Translations under genes and position numbers: made by a program
Source: a virus
Taxonomy: Duplodnaviria > Caudoviricetes
Virus record (IMG/VR): IMGVR_UViG_3300029288_000065
Coordinates: 1 to 64,000 of that record
Reading direction: 5' to 3' (one strand)
Length of the DNA stretch: 64,000 nt
In this document: positions 57,257 through 64,000 of the stretch, in pieces
Position numbering within the stretch: the stretch's first letter is position 1
Layout: each line of letters begins with the position of its first letter
Notes under the pieces: generated by a model
What the model was told of the DNA's origin: nothing
Database searches by the model: none
What the model saw: the letters and a program-made list of their open reading frames with translations, nothing else

Positions 57257-57659
57257 AGAAAGTTCTGTCAAACCCTTGTGGGTTGAAGATTATTATGATG
57301 GGCCACTAACTGGTTTTTGTGAGTATCGTGGAATACCATATTATTATGTTGCACAGGAGAATTGGATATATTTTTTATACCCTCTAAAGGAGGAAACTTG
57401 GAAAGCTCATTTATCTGTCCATATGGATTTCTGTGAATTTGTTGGTGATCATTGGAATGATGGTTTCAAGAGTAAGGGATCTGGTGTTAAACCTGAGTCA
57501 GAGCATCATAAGTTTTATGATAAGTATAAGAATTTGGTTATTCCTAAGGCTGATGAATTACCTCCGAGGTTTTGGTTTGTTATGGGTGGGGAGAAGGGTC
57601 AGAGGCGTTTGAAATTTTTAAAGCGTGAGTGGAGGATAGAGAGACTTAAACGTATTTGA
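57243..57659 (+). CDS. hypothetical protein
   Basis: DYYDGPLTGFCEY.G motif. Confidence 0.6.
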   Translation: MIKIRESSVKPLWVEDYYDGPLTGFCEYRGIPYYYVAQENWIYFLYPLKEETWKAHLSVHMDFCEFVGDHWNDGFKSKGSGVKPESEHHKFYDKYKNLVIPKADELPPRFWFVMGGEKGQRRLKFLKREWRIERLKRI

Positions 57660-57680
57660 GTGTGATTAAGGAGAAAGAAA

Positions 57681-58118
57681 ATGGAAGAAAGATCCTGGAC
57701 GATTGCTGGTAGATCCTGGACGATTGCTGGTTGTATGTTTTTCATTCTTGTTTGTGTGGCAATTGCTTGTGGGATGTGGGGGTGCCCACAATACAAGGTG
57801 TATGAGCAGAGGCTTGAGGGAGAGGCTCTTTTGGCACATGCTCAGGCTGCCAAGGAAGTTGCTGTGGCTGAGGCTAAGGCAAAGATGGAGTCTGCGGAAC
57901 TTTTGGCTCAGGCTGAAGTGAAGAGAGCTGAGGGTGTTGCTAAGGCCAATAAGATTATTGGTGATAGTTTGAGGGATAATGAATGCTATTTGAGGTATCT
58001 TTGGATTACTGATGTTTGTGGCTCCAATGTTGATAAGACAGTTGTTTATATTCCTACTGAGTGTAATTTGCCGCTTCTGGAGGCTGGTAGGACGCAGGTA
58101 AAGGCTGAGAAGAAATAA
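57681..58118 (+). CDS. membrane-anchored coiled-coil protein (SPFH-associated-like phage family)
   Basis: TM helix, PQYKVY..L.GEA.LA, RAEGVAKANKIIGDSL..N..YLRYLW, YIPTE..LP.LEA. Confidence 0.7.
   Translation: MEERSWTIAGRSWTIAGCMFFILVCVAIACGMWGCPQYKVYEQRLEGEALLAHAQAAKEVAVAEAKAKMESAELLAQAEVKRAEGVAKANKIIGDSLRDNECYLRYLWITDVCGSNVDKTVVYIPTECNLPLLEAGRTQVKAEKK
57690..57731 (+). repeat. 21-bp perfect tandem duplication (RSWTIAG x2)
   Basis: AGATCCTGGACGATTGCTGGT twice. Confidence 0.9.
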
Positions 58119-58128
58119 GGAGAAGATC

Positions 58129-58455
58129 ATGGTGACTGGATCTGGAGAATGTCGGAAGCTGATTACGTTTGATCAGTTGTTGGGGGAACAGAAAAATCAA
58201 GAGACTCGTCTTTGTAGCTTTAATCAAAGACTTTTAGCTCTTCGTAGAGAAATTTTCGGAGATCCTGATCCTGATCCTGCTGAGAAGGATTGTGCAAAGG
58301 CTGAGACTTTTGGATATTTGGATAGAGCAAGTTCTAATAATGAAGGAATTAAGATTGTAATGGATATGATTGAAACCCATATTTTGGCTCTTGAGAGAGT
58401 TGTAAATTCTGAAGCCAGAGCAAAGTTTGATGCAGGAAGGCCTTCCAATAGGTAA
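58129..58455 (+). CDS. hypothetical coiled-coil protein
   Basis: SD AAGGAG. Confidence 0.6.
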   Translation: MVTGSGECRKLITFDQLLGEQKNQETRLCSFNQRLLALRREIFGDPDPDPAEKDCAKAETFGYLDRASSNNEGIKIVMDMIETHILALERVVNSEARAKFDAGRPSNR

Positions 58456-58470
58456 TCTCAAATATATTTT

Positions 58471-58761
58471 ATGGGCCACATGGGTAATATTATATGTGGG
58501 ATCATAGATGTACTTCGGTGTAAGCATCCGGAATTTAGTTATCGTTTCGATGAGCATAATATTCATCTTCTGGTGAATAGGACGAATTTTTGTTTTTATT
58601 TTGAGGGGACCGATATTTTTGTTAGTAGGTTAAAGCCAATTGATAAGCAGACTTGGGAGTTTTGTGGAATACCTTTTAGGGTTCCTTTGGGTGATCCAAA
58701 TTGTTTTGATGAGGTGGTGGGATATATTATAGCACAGTACATGATTGTTAGGAAGAGTTAA
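58471..58761 (+). CDS. hypothetical protein (PLGDP motif)
   Basis: VPLGDPNCFDEVV; no SD, CAAATATA 4 nt upstream. Confidence 0.55.
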   Translation: MGHMGNIICGIIDVLRCKHPEFSYRFDEHNIHLLVNRTNFCFYFEGTDIFVSRLKPIDKQTWEFCGIPFRVPLGDPNCFDEVVGYIIAQYMIVRKS

Positions 58762-58764
58762 GCC

Positions 58765-59067
58765 GTGGTGAATCTGGATCTGAATGATCCGTCTGTAGAT
58801 CCTCTTGAATTGCTTGGTCAATTCAAAAGATGGACAGAGCAAGATCAAGCAGGACTATATAAAAGTGGTTTTACTGATTTTGGTGTTTTCCTTTGGGTTT
58901 ACGAAAATTGGGGGTCAAAGGAAGAATCTATTGCTTTGGTGACAAGTTATGAGAAGATGGACATATTAAAGGAGCAAATTTTTGAGTTACTTGCTACTTG
59001 GATTAATTCTGATCTTTTGATTGTAGGAAAGAAAGAGCAGGTGACCATTTTCATTTTTAAAGGATAA
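58765..59067 (+). CDS. hypothetical protein (DPxxDP family)
   Basis: LDLNDPSVDPLELLGQFKRW. Confidence 0.6.
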   Translation: MVNLDLNDPSVDPLELLGQFKRWTEQDQAGLYKSGFTDFGVFLWVYENWGSKEESIALVTSYEKMDILKEQIFELLATWINSDLLIVGKKEQVTIFIFKG

Positions 59068-59070
59068 TTT

Positions 59071-59379
59071 ATGGGTTTCGTTGGTGCTCCTGGTCCTCTT
59101 GGTCCTCCTGGTGGACAATATGTTATGGAGGTTCGTGAATGGATGATAGGTTTGAATGGTTTGTTGGTGGTTGTTCCTTCTCGTGATAATGATATTGCTA
59201 ATCCACAGAGTGAAATTTGTTTGTGGGATTTAAATGGTTTCGTTTATTTTAAGGAAAAGAAGTATAAATATATAGGTTCAGATTCTATAGGATATTTTTT
59301 ATGGGATGTTGATACACTTTATAAATTGCCTTATAAGATACCAGAAGAATTTTTCTCACAGATTCCTGTCCAAATATAA
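59071..59379 (+). CDS. hypothetical protein
   Basis: SD AAGGA; short GxP collagen-like N-terminus. Confidence 0.5.
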   Translation: MGFVGAPGPLGPPGGQYVMEVREWMIGLNGLLVVVPSRDNDIANPQSEICLWDLNGFVYFKEKKYKYIGSDSIGYFLWDVDTLYKLPYKIPEEFFSQIPVQI

Positions 59380-59382
59380 AAT

Positions 59383-59454
59383 ATGGATTTCTGGGAAGTA
59401 GTAGGATGGGTCTGCCTATTCCTGGTTGGTTTACTTATGTTTCTTATAACATAG
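59383..59454 (+). CDS. 23-aa hydrophobic peptide
   Basis: MDFWEVVGWVCLFLVGLLMFLIT; CAAATATA 4 nt upstream. Confidence 0.4.
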   Translation: MDFWEVVGWVCLFLVGLLMFLIT

Positions 59455-59602
59455 GGTAATTTACTGTTTTTGTAAGTAGGATAATTAATTATTGGCTGCT
59501 GGGGAGTCAAGAAACCTACCGATGATCACCTTGTGACGTTCCGCGAACAACACCAAAAACAAAATCCCCAGCAACCATTTTCCCGAAGTAAAAATAAAGT
59601 AG

Positions 59603-59869
59603 ATGACAACGATTAGGGCGTCATGCTATAAAAATAGGCGTTCTCGACTGATGGCATTAAGAAAACAAGTTCATATTGTCTTTGATATATTCTGGGAAAC
59701 ACACAGAATTACAAGAAAAGAAGCATACAGATGGTTATCCAGACAAATGGGCTTACGTATGTGCGACTGTCACGTAAGATTCTTTAACGTACAACAATGT
59801 TATTTGGCTCTTCAAATTTGCAGAACACACAAAGTTGAAGACATAGAACTTTTTGTAAGAGCCTCTTAA
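59603..59869 (+). CDS. DUF3268-like (C-terminal part) protein
   Basis: R...H..FD.FW....TR.EAY.WLS..MG....CH...F....C. Confidence 0.65.
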   Translation: MTTIRASCYKNRRSRLMALRKQVHIVFDIFWETHRITRKEAYRWLSRQMGLRMCDCHVRFFNVQQCYLALQICRTHKVEDIELFVRAS

Positions 59870-60231
59870 TCAGGATTACATTCCCTACAGGTATCACCAA
59901 GAGGTCCAGAACCGATTGTAGATATATCTCTTCCACAAGACTTACATAACAACTTTGGCTCTTCCACCATCTTTTCTTGTTCCAGAGGTGTCACACTGAT
60001 GATTCGTGCAACATAACCTTCGCTTACCCTCTTCATATCACCAGGGAAGAATTTCTTCCCATATTGAGATAAGGCATTCCATTGTGCTCGTTCTCGTGGT
60101 TTTGCAATTTGGTCACTCACTACTGTGTAGAAGGGATCATGGGCTGGTTTCTGAGAGTCTTTCGGGAATACCACTACTTTGTACCTTGAGTACGTTTCCA
60201 AGATTACTGGTTGTGTTAGGTTGAGTTTCAT
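59866..60231 (-). CDS. hypothetical protein with C-terminal zinc finger
   Basis: CKSC..CREC; CAAAAATA 4 nt upstream on the minus strand. Confidence 0.55.
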   Translation of the reverse strand: MKLNLTQPVILETYSRYKVVVFPKDSQKPAHDPFYTVVSDQIAKPRERAQWNALSQYGKKFFPGDMKRVSEGYVARIISVTPLEQEKMVEEPKLLCKSCGRDISTIGSGPLGDTCRECNPD

Positions 60232-60243
60232 ACTCTATTTTTG

Positions 60244-60630
60244 CTATGCGAAGAGATCTCCGTCTTCAATATCTATGTTTATATCTCTATCTCTACAGTA
60301 CAAACTATATAATTTGTCTACGATGAATTCAGGATCGAAACTCTTTGGATTTCCATATTCATATTCCCAGACGATGTTATTGTTTATCAGAGTCCCATCT
60401 TCGTCTTTATCTTCATCTTCTATTGAGGGTTTTGTGTCTCCAGAATCATATTCTATGACAAATTTCCCATCGTCGTCATATATATCACATATTTTTCCGA
60501 CTGTTTCACTTTCGACGTTTAACATGTCACTTCCAGGAATATTTAGGTCGGTGTAGAATAATTCGACGCCCCATTTTTCGGAAATTCTTTTTTGTATTGC
60601 TTCTAATATTTCTGGTGCTATTCTGCTCAT
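60244..60630 (-). CDS. acidic hypothetical protein (YGNP motif)
   Basis: YEYGNPKSFDPEFIVDKL. Confidence 0.55.
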   Translation of the reverse strand: MSRIAPEILEAIQKRISEKWGVELFYTDLNIPGSDMLNVESETVGKICDIYDDDGKFVIEYDSGDTKPSIEDEDKDEDGTLINNNIVWEYEYGNPKSFDPEFIVDKLYSLYCRDRDINIDIEDGDLFA

Positions 60631-60681
60631 GATTGAGTTTTATCTCGTTGAAAAAGAAGCAAAAATAATCAAGGAGAGCAT

Positions 60682-61581
60682 ATGCGACGAATCAAAAGAT
60701 TCACCAAGGCTCTGAAACTTGCTGGGAAATCTCTATTATGTTGCAAGAAAACTTCAACAGATCCTGTCATTGTTCCTAGCACTGGAGATACGAAAATGAG
60801 CGACAAGATCCTCCTGGTTGGAATAAATGCCTATCCAAGTTGTCCATTGGCTGGATGTGTGAACGACGTTACAGATATGGCTAATTTTTTGGTGACGAAA
60901 TGTGGTGTTTTGGAAGATAATATCCGTCTCTTGGTAGATGGTCGTGCCACTACTGGAAACATTCTGGATCGGTTGAATTGGTTGACTCAGGCAAGCCCTG
61001 GTGATCGTGTTCTTTTTCATTATTCTGGTCATGGTGCGCAGGTCCCAGCGAGAAATTCTTCCGGTGAGATTGACCAACTTTCTGAGTGTATTTGTCCAGT
61101 TGATTTTGATTGGTCTGAGCAGCGTATGATTATTGACAAGCAATTTGTTGAAATTTTTAAGAAAATTCCACCAGGTGTTAGATTCTCTTGGATTAGTGAT
61201 TCTTGTCATAGTGGGGATTTGGATCGTGGATTGACCAAGGGGAATTCCAAGGTTCTTGGAATTAGAAGATTCCCCATCCCTGCTGATATTGCTTGGAGGC
61301 AGAGGATTGCTAAGAAGAAAGCTTTGCGTGCTATGGTTGGTAATACGCTGGATGTTGGATATATTTCTGGTTGTATGGATAATCAGACATCGGCTGATGC
61401 TGAATTTGGTGGTAAGGCAAATGGTGCATTAACATATTTCTTACTGCGAAATTTGGGAAATATGTTACAATCGCCAATTTCTTCGGTTACAAATAAGGTT
61501 ATTTCTGATTTGCAGTCTTCTGGTTATGAGCAAACTCCTACGTGTTCTGGAGCGAGAAAAGATTTGGCTTTCTTATCCTAG
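60682..61581 (+). CDS. metacaspase (peptidase C14); alternative start 60796
   Basis: LLVGINAY, L.GCVND, HYSGHG, SDSCHSG, GALTY. Confidence 0.92.
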   Translation: MRRIKRFTKALKLAGKSLLCCKKTSTDPVIVPSTGDTKMSDKILLVGINAYPSCPLAGCVNDVTDMANFLVTKCGVLEDNIRLLVDGRATTGNILDRLNWLTQASPGDRVLFHYSGHGAQVPARNSSGEIDQLSECICPVDFDWSEQRMIIDKQFVEIFKKIPPGVRFSWISDSCHSGDLDRGLTKGNSKVLGIRRFPIPADIAWRQRIAKKKALRAMVGNTLDVGYISGCMDNQTSADAEFGGKANGALTYFLLRNLGNMLQSPISSVTNKVISDLQSSGYEQTPTCSGARKDLAFLS

Positions 61582-61626
61582 TATTTTACTACTGAGACTC
61601 CCCTTGTCGTTTTGTCGGCAAGGTGT

Positions 61627-61655
61627 GAAGCCGCCGCAAGGCGGCTTCTGTTTTT
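61627..61655 (+). terminator. intrinsic terminator
   Basis: GAAGCCGCC-GCAA-GGCGGCTTC followed by TGTTTTT. Confidence 0.75.
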
Positions 61656-61670
61656 CACGGAGATTTTGTC

Positions 61671-61883
61671 ATGACAACAACACAGCAATCAAATGCATAT
61701 ACTCTTCTTTTATCTCGTCATAAGAATAATCCTCTAATGACACATATGGAGAATATGTTAAAGTCTCTAAATGTAAATCCTCTTCAAGTTAAGGATTTTG
61801 ATGATTCATATGGAATTCATGTAGTATTCTTTAAAGATGGTAGGGAGTATAGTGTTGCTATTCAAGATAATGTTACAAAATAA
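61671..61883 (+). CDS. hypothetical protein
   Basis: SD GGAG. Confidence 0.5.
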   Translation: MTTTQQSNAYTLLLSRHKNNPLMTHMENMLKSLNVNPLQVKDFDDSYGIHVVFFKDGREYSVAIQDNVTK

Positions 61884-62385
61884 TTTTTCTATGGCCAGCT
61901 CCTCCAAGTTTCTTTTCTATTTGTGTTTGCTGATCCTGTTGCTCTTTCGCTGCATTGGCCTGCTCTTGATCTTTTGTCGTTCTATGGAGCGGCTTATGTT
62001 GAACCCAAACACGGAATGTATCAACATCTCCACTCATTGTCATTTCCTCAACGAATTTGATAATCCCTCGTTTCCTGGCTTCTTCAAGTAGGAATATATA
62101 TTTTGAAAATGAAACGGAGGTTAGCCTCATGATGTTTCCGTATTGTTGGCCTCTTTTGATTGCCATTTCAGTAGCCATTCGTTCAAGATATTTAATAGCA
62201 TGTACTAAATGTATGTCACTCATTTCGGAGATTGGAATTGTTTCCCCATCTTGAGTTCTCCATATTGGCATTGGTACCTGTTTATAGCTCATTTTTTTAT
62301 AATCGTGATAATGATATGTTTCTTCAATATAGTTAAAGAAATTTTTTTCATAGTCTTCATCTTCATATTTATATTCATATGCCAT
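61873..62385 (-). CDS. hypothetical phage protein
   Basis: SD GGAGG before ATG 62385; WRTQDG..I.ISEMSD.HL..AI.YLER motif. Confidence 0.65.
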   Translation of the reverse strand: MAYEYKYEDEDYEKNFFNYIEETYHYHDYKKMSYKQVPMPIWRTQDGETIPISEMSDIHLVHAIKYLERMATEMAIKRGQQYGNIMRLTSVSFSKYIFLLEEARKRGIIKFVEEMTMSGDVDTFRVWVQHKPLHRTTKDQEQANAAKEQQDQQTQIEKKLGGAGHRKIIL

Positions 62386-62473
62386 TTCTGGTCCTCCGGC
62401 GCTTTTCGTATCGCCAAAAATAAATTTGTTAAATACCGTAGTGTGGGATAAAAAAGGCGTAAGGAGAAACAAC

Positions 62474-63151
62474 ATGAACATTAAACTCTGTAAGGCAGCA
62501 GAGAAGATCCTGGAATTAACACCAGTTTTTGAAAAGAGTAATTTCACTTGGTGGCCAGAACATAAACTGGCCGACACTGAAGAAATAAAGAGAATCCTAA
62601 AACAAGGGAAATTTGACGATCGTGATCTTGAAACATATACTCTTCATAGGATGGCAAAATATATGATAGAAACCAAGCGAGAACATGCCTATATTCACAG
62701 TGAAAGAGAACTACCATCACCTGAAGATGACAAACTATATGATAATGATATTGAAAACTTGTCGACATATCAGAAACCAAGAACACTTCGGATAAATACA
62801 GGGTCTTGGGAAAATCTCCAAGAGGGGTGGACGACTTTAACTGCAGATTTTGAAGATGTTTTCAAATCAACAGCTGATTATTTCTTCCATGGATATAAGA
62901 ACGAAGCTGGTGATGATTTTGCTGCACATATTTGTGTTAGGTGGGCTGGTGGATTGCGCGAGGTGTTGGCATCCAATGGTCCGAAGCCACCTTCATTAAG
63001 GTGGGTCCATCAAGGTTTTCCTGATCTTTTTGTTTGTTTAAATTATGATGACATTGTGAGGTTATATAAGGATTTTGTGGTTTCATGTGATCCTTCATAT
63101 TGGGTAGATAAGGGTGTGGCGTTGAACTTTGGGGAGAGAATTCCGGAATGA
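62474..63151 (+). CDS. hypothetical protein
   Basis: SD AAGGAG; upstream CAAAAATA. Confidence 0.6.
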   Translation: MNIKLCKAAEKILELTPVFEKSNFTWWPEHKLADTEEIKRILKQGKFDDRDLETYTLHRMAKYMIETKREHAYIHSERELPSPEDDKLYDNDIENLSTYQKPRTLRINTGSWENLQEGWTTLTADFEDVFKSTADYFFHGYKNEAGDDFAAHICVRWAGGLREVLASNGPKPPSLRWVHQGFPDLFVCLNYDDIVRLYKDFVVSCDPSYWVDKGVALNFGERIPE

Positions 63152-63414
63152 ACTTGACTACTGCTGGTTCTGCTTTTTCTAATACTTCCTATATTGTTTA
63201 TAATAGTGGAGGAGGTGGTGGAGGTAGTTATGGTACTTGTTATGTGTGTGGTGACACATATGGTGACACATATGGAGAAGAGAGTGATGTTCATCTTTCT
63301 AATAAGAGATATCAAGAATTACTTGCTGCAGAGATGAAACTAAAGAGAATACTCGCAGAACAGAAGAGGATTGAAGAGCAGACTCTTGTTAGCCGAAGGC
63401 GGATCGAGATTTAA
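63148..63414 (+). CDS. hypothetical protein
   Basis: coupled ORF; Gly-rich stretch, CxxC. Confidence 0.5.
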   Translation: MNLTTAGSAFSNTSYIVYNSGGGGGGSYGTCYVCGDTYGDTYGEESDVHLSNKRYQELLAAEMKLKRILAEQKRIEEQTLVSRRRIEI

Positions 63415-64000
63415 TTTTTTCGTTAAATGCATAATTATATGAATTTTGCATAATCTTCTTTAATTCTTCATTTGTAAATCCAAAACTCTTTTTTGCTAAT
63501 TCATATTCTTTTACCAAATTAGTATTCAATATTATTGGATCGTCAGTGCCAATAGTTATTGGTATTCCGAAATCAAAGAATTTTCTTATTGGATGCTGTT
63601 TGATATTTTTAACGACCCCGGTATAGAGGTTTGATGTCAATGCTATATCTAATGGTATTCCTCTTTCTTTTACTAAGTTCATAATATCTTTGTTGTTTAT
63701 TATTTGGATACCATGAGCAATACGTTGAACTCCGAGATATTCTACTGCCAGGAGTACATTTTCAGCTGGACACGACTCACCAACGTGTGCCTGTATTCCT
63801 TTCCCTGCTTCTTTCCATAATTTGAAGATTGATTTGTAGAACTTGGGAGCAAAGTAAGCTTCATCTCCAACAAGATCTATTGCTGTTACTGCATCCCTTG
63901 CTTTATTGTCTAGAATTACTTTTGCTATTCTTTTCTGCAATTTGTGGGCCGATTCGTACTTCAGGCATAATGATATTCCTACTTGAACATCCCAACGTTG
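63389..64000 (-). CDS. add: adenosine deaminase (5' end outside the window)
   Basis: AIDLVGDE, AHVGE, RIAHG, TSN..TG, HP, GTDDP; frame open to the window edge. Confidence 0.88.
   Translation of the reverse strand, partial: QRWDVQVGISLCLKYESAHKLQKRIAKVILDNKARDAVTAIDLVGDEAYFAPKFYKSIFKLWKEAGKGIQAHVGESCPAENVLLAVEYLGVQRIAHGIQIINNKDIMNLVKERGIPLDIALTSNLYTGVVKNIKQHPIRKFFDFGIPITIGTDDPIILNTNLVKEYELAKKSFGFTNEELKKIMQNSYNYAFNEKIKSRSAFG

Noticed and set aside
1-64000. CRISPR array
   Set aside because: No regularly spaced repeat-spacer series. The repeats found are short in-frame tandem duplications or terminator copies.

Overview
Segment of a large, AT-rich T4-like (contractile-tail, probably jumbo) phage genome using the standard genetic code. 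1-3.8 kb is the end of a tRNA array. It holds degenerate tRNAs, two non-canonical 8/4 tRNA-Sec-like tRNA-Ser genes, a group I intron-split tRNA-Leu(UAA) and two HNH endonuclease genes. 4-11 kb: P-loop kinase, glycosyltransferase, class II ribonucleotide reductase and primase. 11-37 kb: tail, baseplate and neck genes (hub, tape measure, gp53, gp5-like spike, gp25, gp6, gp13/14/15-like, sheath, two tubes, chaperone with a candidate +1 frameshift), interspersed with NYN, GT4 and UDG genes. 37-52 kb: UvsW-like helicase, gp55-like late sigma factor and head module (terminase, portal, 1138-aa acidic protein, protease, scaffold, major capsid). 52-64 kb: accessory region with an HNH-methyltransferase fusion, many small paralogous ORFs, a metacaspase and an adenosine deaminase. 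Main observations: (i) a small accessory gene carries a protein-level copy of the capsid's Gol-equivalent peptide fused to an unrelated domain (possible immune decoy or EF-Tu binder); (ii) the 8/4 tRNAs; (iii) the intron/HNH overlap; (iv) two recurrent candidate promoter motifs, with leaderless genes and RBS-occluding hairpins. All calls come from motif recognition by eye; no database searches were run.
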